Part shown: positions 49,347 to 63,335 of the stretch, piece by piece
Position numbering within the stretch: position 1 is the first letter of the stretch
Layout: each line of letters starts with the position of its first letter
Assembly (NCBI RefSeq): GCF_018977255.1
Contig: NW_024704743.1
Coordinates: 1,488,001-1,552,000, forward strand
Origin: Callorhinchus milii
Lineage: Eukaryota
Direction of reading: 5' to 3'
Length of the DNA: 64,000 nucleotides
The notes under the pieces: model-generated
What the model was told of the DNA's origin: nothing
Database searches by the model: none
The model's input: only the letters and a program-made list of their open reading frames with translations
Program-made: the position numbers and the translations under genes

Positions 49347-50719
49347 GCCGAATGGCCTCCTTCTGTGCTGTATATTTTTTCTATGGTCCCGTGAACTGGT
49401 GACTGTAAACGTCAGGAAGTAACTTCAACCCTTCGGCAAATATTCTCCACCATAAGACACTCGATCTAAACGCTCCGAGACTCCCTCCCGTGTGAAGCGC
49501 TCGGTATAAATACAAGTTGTCGGTGGCCTCACTCACGTCTAAATCTATTCAAAAATCCTAAACTTTGGATCCTCTCGTCGCCATCTCAAAATATACAGTC
49601 AATTCCCTTTGCAGCACACGAGGCCGTTGGCATCTGCCACACGCAGGAAGTGATGTCAGGAGGTCTTCCCGTGCAGATCGCGCTGGCATGCCACACGCAG
49701 GAAGTGATGTCAGGAGGTCTTCCCGTGCAGATCGCGCTGGCATGCCACACGCAGGAAGTGACGTCGGCTGCAACCCGACGACCAGGAGGTCCAACCGTTT
49801 TCGACCCTTGGCTGCACGGAGCTGGTGAGGCATTGAACCCAATCCACCCGGAGACAGTGAGGGGTCTTCTTTGGATATATCGTCTCAATAAATAATAATA
49901 ATTTGGTCGCTCAAGCCACGGCCGTGTGTGGGGGGGGACGCTGCCGTGCGCAATTGGCCGCCGCGTTTTCGACCCACGAGATACGAAGCGCTTTGAGGCG
50001 TCTCGAAGACGTGATCGGGCGCTGTATCAAATGCCAGGATTATTAGTAACCGGGGGTTTGCTCTGTGGAATTTCCTGACTTCTCAATCTCCCGCCGGTGT
50101 CCACCTAATAAACCTACGCTGTACCCTTTCCATCCCTCTTACAGCGCGGAGAGGGAAACAGGAGAGCAGAAGCCGAATGTGATCTCGCCGCGGAAGTGCA
50201 AACAATAAATGCGACGCCACCTCCTCGATATTGACTGCCGTGAACTGTGCTCCCTTGTCGGAAACCATCTCTGAGGCAGTCCGTCAATGCTTTTAAAAGG
50301 GAGTTTGATCGATGATTGTAAGGAAGGAATATTAAGGGCTATCAGGGGAGCGAGCGAGGGCGCAGGAGGATGGGGTGGGATTAAATGGCTCGTAGGGAGA
50401 ACAGCGGCAGCGTAGATTTACTAACAGTAATAATCGGAATTCTTTCACTTGATACCTCGGCCCCTTTTGTGTCGGAAGGGCTTCGTCAAACTCTTCGCGG
50501 AATTTACTGTAAAATGTAAGGATTATTATTATTGTTATCGTCGTAAAAGATTACTTCACCATCCTGGGTGGGGGTGGTTTAAGTGGGGGTGGGGTGGGGG
50601 GGGAGGGGGTGGGCGGTCGAGAGCAGAGAGATTATTAATTTATACACGGCTAAAATCCAGATAATAATAATCCTTACATTTGATACGCCGCCTTTCGCAG
50701 GACGTACAGTAAATATGAT

Positions 50720-50992
50720 TATGATAATAAACCCGACATTTGATACCGTGCCCCATCACATCGAGACGTCTCAAAGCGCTTCACAGGATACACTGTAAAG
50801 CGAATTGTCTGTGTAGTTTGGGGGCGAACCGCGGCCGCCGATTGCGCACGGCAGCGTCCCCCACAAACAGCCGCGGGTTCAGTGACCCAATCAATATTAT
50901 CTGTTTCCTTTTTTAGGTATTATTACCCCCGAAAAAGCCATCCGCCCATCGACTAACAACCGGGTTCCTACTGACTGCCGGTAACCAGAGGC

Positions 50993-51028
<36 letters not shown>

Positions 51029-51134
51029 AGTGAGGAAACTTGCCCAATGTCTCGCCCTGACCTGCCCGGGAATCGAACCCGGGTCCTCTCGCTCGGGAGG
51101 CGAGGGCTCTGACCCCTGAGCTCCAGGGGGACTC
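50720..51134 (-). mobile_element. Full-length Deu-SINE
   Basis: Head, core and tail present. Confidence 0.9.
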
Positions 51135-52251
51135 CTAGTTGCGCCAGAGCAGCAGAACCAAGAGGACACGGGTTGCAACTCTCCGAATCAGTGACTGAAC
51201 GTTGTATTTGGGGGCGCCGGTAAATTAATGAACGGGCGGCAGAGAGTCCGAGCTCTCTAAATAAATAAAGGGATTGACTGGGTGTCGTGTCGGGCTGAGT
51301 AATGAGCCGCTTGGCTGTACACGACTTTCTAAACACTGCCAGATTTCAATAAATGGTTAATTTATCGGTTTGGCTGAATTATTAATCAAATTCTGTCCCA
51401 ATGTAATGAATGGCTTTGAAGATCAGGTGTTTCATCAGGATCAGAGCCTGGGCAAAATTAATGTGCTGGGGGGGGGGTGGGGGGGTGTGGTGGTGTGGGG
51501 GGGGTGTGGGGGGCACGGGGGGGTCTGGCCCTCTATATTATCGTGTGGAGTCCTGCACTCGTCTCGCGAGCCAGAGGACCCGGGTTCGATTCCCGCTGTG
51601 CGTAATTGGCTGCCGCGTTCCACCCCCAAAATGCACAGTCACTACGCTTTAAGTACACCCGGTGAAACGCTTTGGGACGTCGCAGTGACGCGATGAGACG
51701 CCGGCGTTTCGAAAGCGAAGGGTCATTATTGTTATCATTATCATCGTTAAGACCACGTCAGCAATCCTGACGGCAAGACAATCATTCGCTTCACGGTCGG
51801 CTGTGGAACCTCACCGGGGTCCAAATCGGGGGCCCCAAGGAAAGCACAGTCACTACACCGGCCTGCCATTCCCCGCCAAGCCCCGAAGCAAAACCCCCAA
51901 AAACCTTCGCGCCCCCTATTCAATTACAGGCGACGGAAATAACAGCAGGTCCTGCAAAAGCAATTACTGAGCTCTCCCGAGGTTCTGAGATGAAACATTT
52001 CGCCGTCTTATTGCTTGTGAGACTTGTGCCAAAATACTCACTGATTTAATCTGCTCGGCGGTGTCCTACAGTGTCGTGTGGCCGGTCACTGGAAGCCCAC
52101 AGACCCTCTCGGACTCTCCTCCTCTCGTGAATGGCGAAGACTCTTCGATCCGGTCTGAAATTTATAATAATAATAATAATAATATAATGATAATGATAAT
52201 AATCAAAGTCCTTGCATTTGACGTGGCGCTACTTGAAAAGAGAAATGAGTT

Positions 52252-52282
<31 letters not shown>

Positions 52283-54583
52283 CCTATGTCCTGGTCAACA
52301 ACTCCCACCCCCACCCCGAAATAAAATTGGTCAGGACCTCCGAGGCTGTCTGTGGGACACTGTTTGGACGCAAACCTGCCTAACAAAATACACAAGTCAC
52401 TCTACAGAAAAACTCTCCTGAGATACGGTGGTCTGATACAACGCTATTCATGATAATCCTTCCATTTGACACAGGACCTGATCAGGTCTTAAGACACGAC
52501 GTCTCAAAGCGCTTCACAGGATACGCGGCAAAGTCTATCGACTGTTATGTCATCTCCAAGTGTTGCAGTAAACGCTGAGCCCCTGATAACCACAGCGCCT
52601 TTGACACCCAACACAGGGGCCAACTTGAATTAGCGACATTTTACTGAAGACACCGACTGGGAAGTAGAGAGGAGTAAATGGAAAAGTCCCTCAGTAATGG
52701 GTCCCCGATATTCCTGCGTTCCCTGTCACCTCGAGCAGACGAAGAGACCGGTGGGGGGGGGTCATGGAAACTGAGACGCACCTTAATACATCAGGTTGTG
52801 TCAGTAACAGTTTTTTTTGCCCGGTCGAGGTGTGTCTGACACAACGGGAGAACCCGTCACCGCAGCCAAAGAGTCTCCAATCCCAACTGAGAATTCCAGG
52901 CCTCCCCCACCTACGCCTGGAGCTCCCGCTTACCTAATCCCGGAAAGTATTAGGCGCAGGTTGGCAAGAGCCAAGGCCAGAGCGTGGGATGACCTCTCAA
53001 AGCGCTTCACAGGGTGTTACTGCAAAATGTAGTGACTGTGTATTTTGTGGAGGCATAAGCAGCAGCTAATCTTCGAGCCCAGCGATGTCCTGCAAACAGC
53101 CATCAAGTGAACGACCAATTCTGTCTGGGAGTTGTCTGTCACACAATCCCTCCGCTTCGCCACCCCCTCCCCGGCTTCCCGCTCGTCTCAAGACCCTCCT
53201 CTTCCACCGTACATCCGGTCACCCTCCGACCCCCACCCTCCCTGCCCTCTACCCCTCCTGATTGCAACCCCCAGTTCGGGTCAAAATCCTTGACTGTCCA
53301 GCGCCTTGGGACGTCCTCCCGACGTGAAAGGCGCCGCGGGAATACAATTTGTTACTCCTGTTGATAAGGACATCAATTTTTACTGTTAACATCCAAGGGT
53401 TCCAAGTGTCCGGTCTGAAAATAGACTGTGACGTGAGCCGGAGCGTTGCAATCTGCCGTCGAGTTAGTTATCGGAGATTGCGGCAAAGAAACTCTGTGTT
53501 TCGCAATCATCGATGGTATCGGAACGACATTGAGTGTGAGGCGACTCAGGTTAATGTGCGGCCTTGCACAATCAGCTCCCAACAACACGGTCAACACACG
53601 CACACGCACACGCACACGCACACGCACGCACACACACGCGCCTCTGTTGACCGGCAGTCAGTAGGTTGTCAGTGGATTGGCGGATGGCTTTTCCGGGGGG
53701 AACGATCCCTTCAATAAAAAAATGTCAATATTGGTCACTTCAATCCACTCGCGTATCTGCAACACACGCAGGAAGTGATGTCGGGGGGCTCTTCCTGTGC
53801 AGGTCGCGCTGGCATGCCACGCGCAGGAAGTGATGTCAGCAGCAACCCAATGACCAGGAAGTCAACCATTTTTAACCCTCGTCTACACAGAGTTGGTGAG
53901 GCATTGAGAACCCAATCAACCTGGAGACATCGAGGGTCTTCTTTAGATATAGCATTTAAAAAAAAATAATAACTTGGTCACTCCATCCCAGACTGTTTGT
54001 GGGGACGCTGCCGTCGGCTGCCGCGTTTTGCCCGCAAAAGACACAGTCACTACCCTTCACAGCGTATTCTGTGAAGCGCTTTGAGACGTCTGAACGGCGT
54101 GATAAGGCGCCGTGTCAAACGCAAGGATTATTCTGAGGATGATATCGCTCCGAGATGTCTCGCGTGAGCTCATAGCGCGTTCCTCGAACACTGAGGATGT
54201 GCCTCGAGGCTCTCCTCTGCACTTGCCTCAAAAGTCTGGACAGTTCCCGTATGTCACGGTGACCAGAGCTGTCAGCAGTAAACGAGGTGACCACAGCTCT
54301 CAGCGAACCTCAAGTCAATTGGCTTAACAATCGAGCACAGGATCCTGTTTGCCTTGTTATAATAATAATAATATAATATAATAATAATAATCCTTGCATT
54401 TGATACAGCGCCTTATCACGTCGGCGAGACGTCTCACAGCGCTTCGCGGAATATATTGTAACGTGCAGTGACTGTGCATTTTGCGGGCAATACCGAGGTC
54501 CCGTCTGTCTGCCTGTTCTGTGCACGTTGGAGATCCCGCGGCGCTATTCGAAAAGAGAAGGGCGTTTCTCTCTCTCTCTCTCC

Positions 54584-54616
<33 letters not shown>

Positions 54617-55844
54617 CCGGTGTCCTGGCCAACAACCCCCACGGATAAAATCCGTCACCCGCCCCACGGCTGTTTGTGGGGACCCCGCTGTGCGCAAATG
54701 GCGGCCGCGTTCCGCCCATGAAACACGGCCGTCCCTGCCGAGGGCTTTGAGACGTCCGGATGCGGTGATAAAGTGCGACATCGACTTCAAGGGTTATTAT
54801 TATTGTTATTATTATTGTTGTTATTCTTATTTTTAAAACTCGCTCCCGTCTCGCGAAGAGTTAACTCGATCTTTAATTGAAGTAAAAATAAATGCAAAGG
54901 CGTGTGGGCCAGGACGGGGTGGAGGGGGAAGGGGGGGGGGGCTTTTAATTACGAAACTGACATTTAAGTATTAGCCGAATCCTCGAGTCTCCAGCCTATA
55001 ATTATTTTCTCCCCAGGAGAAGGTTTGACAGCGCTTTTCAGGTCACGGTTGTGGTTTCATCTCCGCAGCACAGTTCGAGACCAGTTGGTGGTTTTAAAGG
55101 AAAAAAAATCCTCGCATTCGACATAGACTTTACATAGCACACGACAGCACAGAAACAGGCCATTTGTCCCAACTAATCCGTGCTGCTGCTGATACTCCCC
55201 CCGAGCCCCCAACCCCCCTCCTCCCATAGCAATAATAATAATAATAATAATCCCTGCATTTGATGCAGTGCCTTATCACAGCTTTGAGACCTCTCAAAGC
55301 GCTTCACGGGACAGACTGCAACGTGAGTTGACTGTGTATTGTGTGGGCGAAACACGGCAGCCAATTTGCGCGCAGCAGCGTCCCCGCAAACAGCCGCGGG
55401 TTGAGCGAACAAATAATTATTGTTGTGCGTTTTAAGGGATTACTAACATTGGGCACCTCTCCATCTCTCTCTCTCTCTCTCTGTCTCTCTTTCCCACTCT
55501 CTCTCTCATTTCTCTCTCTCTCTGTGTGTGTGTGTGTCTTTCCCTCGGACTGTCTCGCTCTGCCTCTCCTGCTGTTGGACGCATTTTATTTTATTATGTT
55601 GCTTTGCACAGTTGCGCCCGGGCTCAAAGGCTTTTCTGGTGATCCGAATGAAACGCTGATGGGTGTGTGCGTTGCGAGTGGCAGGCGAACAGAACACACA
55701 TTACGCTGGGGTGAATGGAGGAACATCAGTCAAGTCAGCTGGCGACCACTTAAGCGAGATTGCTCCTCGAATGATTTGCGGCTCTTTTACTGTTGGAGCT
55801 TTCCAAAATTCAACTCCCTTTCTGCCAAACCTGACCTTTTTAGA

Positions 55845-56106
55845 AATTATAATAATTATAATAATCATCCTGGCTTTTCGCACAGCGCCTTATCAGGTCG
55901 GTGAGACGTCCCGAAGGGCTTCCCGGGAAACTGAATTGACCGTACGTTTTGTGGCCGACACACGGCAGCCAATTGCGCGCAGCAGCGTCCCCCGCAAACA
56001 GCCGCGGGTTGAGTCCGTTTTTTTTTNGAGGGATTATTACCCCCGGAAAAGCGATCCGCCTTTCGACTAACAACCGGGTTCCTACTGACTGCCGGTAAAC
56101 AGAGGC

Positions 56107-56142
<36 letters not shown>

Positions 56143-56230
56143 AGTGAGGAAACTTGCCCAATGTTATGCCCTGACCTGCCCGGGAATCGGACCCGGGTCC
56201 TCTCTCTCGCTCGCGAGGCGAGAGCTCTAT
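55845..56230 (-). mobile_element. Deu-SINE
   Basis: Core, tail and partial head; single N at 56027. Confidence 0.88.
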
Positions 56231-56278
56231 CTGATGTGTTACGGACACCACCGTAGCTCAGTGGTTAGAGCGCTCGCA

Positions 56279-56318
<40 letters not shown>

Positions 56319-56881
56319 GCGTTCGATTTGATTTTAAGAAAGAAATTGATTTATAGAACCTCTAAAAATAAATAGGTGTCAACAGCCATCGGCTGCCGCG
56401 TTTCGCCCACAAGACGTACAAGACACTGCGCTTTACAGTGCATCCTGTGAAGCGCTTTGAGATGCCTCAAAGATGAGGTGTTACATCAAATGCAAGGATT
56501 ATTATACAAATTATTCTATAATTACCGTTGCCTCAGACCCAATGGACCAAACGGCACATAATGACCAGCTTTATCTCACCAGCTGCGGATACTGAAAGGT
56601 CTGAACAGGACAGGGGAGCGTGTGAGGGAGGACAGAGTCCGATCAACCGTGAAAACAGCTGGGGAAAAAGCCTGATTTGTTACACCAACGCGGCACACGG
56701 GCTCATCCAGGGCTTAGAGTCAAATCAGCCCCGGCACTGGCATTAAACAAAACATGGTGATTCACAGCTTTACTATCAGCCGGGCTCAGTGGGTAGCCAT
56801 CTCGCCTCTGAGTCACAACTGGCACCAAATTGGTGCTCTTGTCGACAGAATGTTGGAATCGTATCAACCCTTTGTGGCACT

Positions 56882-56919
<38 letters not shown>

Positions 56920-57085
56920 GTTCTCTCTCTCGCGCGCTCTCTCTCTCTCTCTCTCTCTGTTCTCTCTCGCGCGCTCTCTCTCTCTCTCTCTCTCTGTTCT
57001 CTCTCTCGCGCTCTCTCTCGTTCTCGTTCTGGCGCTCTCTCTCTCTCGTTCTCTTTCTCTCTCTCTCTCTCTCTCTCGCTCTCTC
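56882..57085. repeat. (CT)n compound microsatellite
   Basis: Directly visible; similar CT-rich tract at 58990-59220. Confidence 0.93.
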
Positions 57086-57916
57086 AGGAGTCAGGTTCCT
57101 GAGCCAGGCAGGTCCGCGGTATCCCAGGGCACTCACTGCGGTTGGCAGCACAGCCCGGCCCTGGCTCATCCATCGGCAGGACCTGGAAGGGCCGACCAGT
57201 CACTGGGCGTGTTGCCTTTGACCTTGACTTCATTCCCAATGTGCTGCCCGGCTCCCGTTAACCCTCCAAACCAAAGCTGCAAGGGGGAGGGTGGTCCTAA
57301 CTTGACAAGCAGCGGGAAAGCTTGCCAGACAGCGCTATCAATAATAATAATAATAATAATAATAATCCTTGCATTTGGCACAGCACCGTATCATGTCTTC
57401 GAGACGTCTCAAAGTGCTTCACAGGACATGTGTGTGTGTGTGTGGAGTAAGGAAACTTGCCTTGGGTTTTCGCTCTGATCCGCCCGGGAATCGAACCCGG
57501 GTCCTCTGGCTTGCGAGGCGAGGGCTCTAACCACTACCGTGTGTTTGTACAGCAGTAGATTCAGTGAAGGGAGGTAACAGCGGAGTGAGCTGCTTCACAG
57601 AATGTTCTGGTGTGAGGACACAGCGTGTAATGATTGCTGTTAACAGAGAGATGAACCTTGTGATGATTACCAGGGAACAGGAAGGACGGTTTGTGACGCT
57701 CGGGGCCAATTAACCCGGTGAAAGTTTCGTGAGGATAACCAAGTCATTTTTTTTTGTGTGGTCAGCCGGGGGTGGGGGGTGGGGGGGGTGGGGTGGGGGG
57801 TGGTTGTCTGACGCACGCGGAAACCCATCACCGTCGCTTAATAGTCTCCAAACTCAACTGAGAATTCCAGGCCTCCCAACAACACCTGGAAATCCCAGAG
57901 ATAGATTGTCGGAATG

Positions 57917-57958
<42 letters not shown>

Positions 57959-59182
57959 CCCCTGGAGGGACGCACTCTGCTTACCCAATTCCGGAGAGTA
58001 TTAGGCCAAGAGAGTGCGTTGGGAGTAACTGCTGGAGTCTAACCAGCTAAAACCACCCATAGCTTGGCCCTCGCTAGACGGTGATACAATAATCATTGTA
58101 ATTGATATAGCGCCTTATCACGTCATTAAAACACCTCAAAGTGCTGCACGGGAGGCCGTGCGCAATTGGCTGCCACGTTCCTCCCGCAAGATACACAGAC
58201 AATTCACTTTACAGTATATTCAGAAGACGTGATAAGGTGCAACATCAACATCATTATGATGACGATACGCCGGGAGCACATAGTCTAAGTCATTGAATCA
58301 GAAACCACACAACAAAGAGTTTACCAGAGCTAAGAGAACGAGAGAGACAGAAAGAGAGATAGGATGTCTCCTCTTCAAGGACCAACAGAATAGGCGTAGA
58401 GGCGTAGCATTGAATCCCTTTGTGTACAAGTGGCAATAAGCCTCATCTGCTCGTGTGGAATTATTTCAATTGCTTGACCTTACCATTGATCCACACCTCA
58501 AGAGTCTTTTTTAGCTTGATACAGCCTCGCATAATGGCACTTGTTCCCCCGACACTTGGGTTTGGTGGCGTATAAAGCGCAGCCAACGACGTTACGTATA
58601 GAAAGACCTTGGCTTTCAGAGAATGCCGTGTGCGATAGGGCCCACAAAACACACAGCCGTTCACTTTACGGTATATTCTGTGAGGAGCTGGGAGTCGTCT
58701 CGAAGACGCGATAAGGCGCTTACATCAAAGGCAAGGATGATTATTATTGTTGTGATACTGTTTAAGTGAATTAGTCCGCACGAACAAACTCGTGGATTGA
58801 GTGACCAAATTATTATTATTATTATTGTTTATTTATTATTTCTTGAAGGGATTATCTCCCCCGGAAAAGCGATCCACCGATCGAGTAACAACCGGGTTCC
58901 TACTGACCGCCGGTAAACAGAGGAGTAAGGAAATAAGCCTCAGGTTTCGTCCTGTCGGGTCCTGTCGCTTGTGAGGCGAGTGCTGTTCTGTATCTCTGTC
59001 TCTTTCTCTCTCTCTCTCTCTCTCTGTCTTTCTATGTGTCTCTCTGTCTCTCTCTATGTGTCTCTCTGTCTCCTCTGTGTCTCTCTATGTCTCTCTCTGT
59101 CTCCCTCTGTCTCTCTCTATGTCTCTCTCTGTCTCCCTCTGTCTCCCTCTGTCTCTGTCCCTCTCGCTATGTCTCTCTCTGT

Positions 59183-59214
<32 letters not shown>

Positions 59215-61217
59215 CTGTCCGCCTCCACTTCTTTGAACGCGAACCTCATTAGGATTCCGGGCGGCCATGCAGTGTGGTTCGGGATTACACTCGATTATAA
59301 AGTCAGACCGCTGCTGTGGTTGAACACCGGAGGAAACATTGCTTTCCGACACGAAAGGGGGTCCCAGTGTCCCCGAAGCGGAGCGCAGACACACACGCAC
59401 GCGGCCCCCCCCCCCCCCCATAACCTCGGAGAACGAAGCCTTGCCTTGGCGTGCTCACTGCAATACAGAGACCTGTCCTCGTGTTTGTGCCTGGCTTCCC
59501 GGTGCCGACTTATACCACTCGCAACACACGCGAGCGGCGTGACCTCGGTCTGAGAGGGACTTTAACGAGACATCTGTAATATCATAACCGCAATTACAAA
59601 GATTACGACAATCATATTATTATTTGCATTTGGTAGCAGCGCCCGCTCAGGCCATCGAGCCGTCTGAAAGCACTCGCACACACACACATACGCACACACA
59701 CACATACATGCGCACACACACACACACACACATACATGCGCACACACACACACACATGCGCACACACACACATACATACATGCGCACACACACACATACA
59801 TACATGCGCACACACACACACACACACAACCCACATAATAATAATAATAATAATCCTCACATTTGACACAGCGCCTCATCAGCTCATCGAGACGTCTCGA
59901 AGCGCTTCACGGGATACACTGTAAAGTGAATTGACTGCGTGTTTTGTGGGCGCACAGCAGCGTCCCCCACAGACAGCTGACTGCTGGTAAACAGAGGCGC
60001 GCGCTCGTGTGTGTGTGTGTGTGTGTGCACCGGTGTGTGTGTGTATGTGTGTGTGTGTGTGTGCGCGTGCGTGTGTGTGCACCGGTGTGTGTGTGTGTGT
60101 GTGTGTGCGTGTGTGCCTGTGTGCGCGTGCGCCTGTGTATGTGTGCGTGTGAAGAAAGTGGAAGTACGATCTGTCAATGCGAAGCAACACCAAACCAACC
60201 ACTAAACTAAATGGAAGTGAAGGGTTGGGAGATGAGGACCAACCGACATTACAGCTGACAGCCCGACAGTCCCAGCAACAGCGAAGCCTCAGGACCATCA
60301 CCTCTAATGAGATTGCACTCAATCCTCAACGTAGGAGATCACCACCACCACCATCACCACCACCATCACCACCACCACCACCAACGACAACAACAATAAT
60401 AATCCTTGCATTTGATACAGCGCCTTATCACGTCTTCGAGACGGTGTATTTTGTAGCCCAACGTGGCTATAACCATTTTGAACTTACTGTGAGCAGCAAG
60501 TGAGCAGTTTTATGGTGTGGGGGGGGGGGCCTATACTCGCAGGACTATACTGTAAAGCGTAGTGACTGGGTGTTTTGTGGGCAAAACGCAGGAGCCGATT
60601 GCTCCCAGCGAGGTCCGCACGATCAAGTGACCGAAATAATTTACTTTTTAATGAATTTAAATTGAATTGAAGGCGAGGGCTCTAACCCCTGAGCTGTAGG
60701 GGACTCCACACCAATAACGACGACGAGAACGACGACAAAATCATCAATATCATCAAACACAATGTCGACAACAACATCAACGACATCAGCAATATAGATA
60801 GCGACAATATGAACATCGACAACATCATCAACCACCAGAAAAACATCGTCAGTAACAATCCGGGCATTCGACACGGCGCCTTATCACGTCTTCGAGACGT
60901 CGCAAAGCGCTTCGCGGGACGCACTATGAGGCGAATCGAAGGGGTTGAAGCAAAACAACGTCCCACAGTCAGCCTCGGAGGTCGTGACCAGTTTTATTGT
61001 GTGTGGTGGGGGGGGGGCTGTTTGTTGACCAGGACATGGGGAGACGAGGGGAGAGGGAGAGAGAGAGAGAAGCTCCCTTCTTTCATGTCTTCAGCACAGT
61101 GCTGGGGGCGGGTGATGCATCGTCAGAGGTGCCGTCCATCGGTTGAGATATTAAACCCGGCTGTGCCTGTTCAGGCGGACGTTAAAGACCTCGCCGCACG
61201 ATTCAAAAGAGAAGGGA

Positions 61218-61248
<31 letters not shown>

Positions 61249-61509
61249 CCGGTGTCCTGCCTGACAATCCCCCAAATAAAATTGGTCGCTCGTTTTGTGG
61301 ATGTTTGTGGGGTCGTTGCTGTGTGAAAAGCGGCTGTCGTGTTTGCCCGCAAAATACACAGTCACCGGACTTTATGTATGCAGTCTTGTGAAACGCTTTG
61401 AGACGTCTGGACAACATAATCAGATTATTTATTATACTCGATGCAGCAAAACATTGACAGGGTCTAGTTATCCCGCAGTGTTGACCAGAAATCGAATGTA
61501 ATAAATGGT

Positions 61510-61879
61510 TTTAAACACAGCGCCTGATCACGTTGTCGAAACGTCTCAAAGCGCTTCACGGGATATAGTGGAAAGTGAATTGACTGTATATTTTATGGGC
61601 GAAACGCGGCGGCCGATTGCGCACAGCGGCGTCCCCCACAAACAGCCGCGGGTTGAGCCATAATTTATTTATTGTTTTTGATGGGATTATTATCTCCGGA
61701 AAAGCGATACGCCATTCGCCAATCTACTGCCGGTAAACAGAGGCGCGTGTGTGTGTGTGTGTGTGTGTGTGGGGAGTGAGGAAACTTGCCCAACGTCTCG
61801 CCCTGACCCCCCCGGGAATCGAACCCGGGTCCTCTCGCTCGCGAGGCGAGGGCTCTAACCCCTGAGCTGCAGGACTCCA
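61510..61879 (-). mobile_element. Full-length Deu-SINE
   Basis: Head, core and tail present. Confidence 0.88.
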
Positions 61880-62490
61880 CATCCAGATAAAAACACGTAA
61901 ATACACGTGAATTGAGTAACACAAGCACACACAACAATTTGTATTTATATAGCGCTTTTCACGCAGGGCAGAGTTTCAGAGCGCTTGACCACAAACGCAC
62001 GTACACCCATAAACACACCCAGAAACACACGCGCGCAAACACTCACAGATACACACAGACACATGTACACGCAGTACGGTGTGATTTCAGCATTAGCTGA
62101 TTTTTATTCTGGTTTTAACCCAAACCCTCATCGATAAGACGGTATCATGACAACGGCTTCTCCTGCAGTCGCTCAGATTCTTGCGTTTAAAATTTCCTGT
62201 TCTGTACAGAGGGAGAGAGACAGACACACCCACACACACACACACACATACACACCACATTCACATGGGCACACACAGACACAGACACACACACACACGC
62301 ACAAGCACACACAAAGTGCGCACACACACACACACACACACACACATGGACGCACACAAGACACAGACACACACATACACACACAGGCACACACCCAGAC
62401 ACACACACACACATGGACGCACACAAGACACAGACACACACATACACACACAGGCACACACCCAGACACACACACACAGGCACACACCCA

Positions 62491-62525
<35 letters not shown>

Positions 62526-62939
62526 TCAGCAATAGCATCCACAGCAACTGACCGAATAACAGAACAATTCTGGGACACTCACCGATGCTGTCGTCTCTGC
62601 TCACAGCTTCTTCTGTTGCAAATAATGTGGCTTCGCTCCTCCAAAATATCCTTAATATTAAAAGGCTCCTCCCTGCCTCCCCCCCTCCCTGCCTCCCCCC
62701 CCTCCCGCCCTCCCTTAGTTGAGTAGACAGAACGGCAGGTCCAGTAGGGAACAAGATCTCAGTGTAAAATTGCCTGGTGATGGGGAATGGCGAGCTCGGC
62801 TGTAAGCTTCACTCTATCACAATCTGTCTCGTAACAGGAAATTTTGGTCTGGAAAGACTCTCAGTAATTTGTCAGTCAAAACCTTCCACGACAGCGACAG
62901 GGAGGAATTGCATTTATACAGCGTCTTTCACGTCAATTC

Positions 62940-63335
62940 AAGTCCTGCGGCTCAGCGGTTAGAGCCCTCGCCTCGCGAGCGAGAGGACCCGGGTTCGATT
63001 CCCGGGCAGGTCAGGGCGAGACATTGGGCAAGTTTCCTCACTCCACACACACACACACACACACACGCACACACACACACACGCGTGCCTCTGTTTACCG
63101 GCAGTCAGTGGGAACCCGGTTCTTAGTCGATCGGCGAATCCCTTTTCCGAGGAATAATAACCTTAAAAAATACAGCATAATCACTCAACCCGCGGCTGTT
63201 TGCGGGGGGACGCCGCTGTGCGCAGTCGGCCGCCGCGTTTCGCCCACAAAACACGCAGTCAATTCACTTTGCAGTGTACCCTGTGAAGCGCTTTGAGACG
63301 TCTCGAAGACGGTGACGAGGCGCTGTGTCAAATGT
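62940..63335 (+). mobile_element. Full-length Deu-SINE
   Basis: Head AGTCCTGCGGCTCAGCGGTTAGAGCC..., core and tail. Confidence 0.9.

Noticed and set aside
54252..54264. Near-consensus estrogen response element TGTCAcggTGACC
   Set aside because: One-mismatch sites are expected about twice by chance in 64 kb, and there is no supporting context.
60710..60855. D/V/I-rich, coding-like trinucleotide periodicity
   Set aside because: Degenerate expanded tail of the adjacent SINE.
62940..63015. tRNA-like sequences (A/B boxes, CGC anticodon-like loop) at many sites
   Set aside because: They are SINE heads, continuous with the SINE body, and lack a proper acceptor stem; not tRNA genes.
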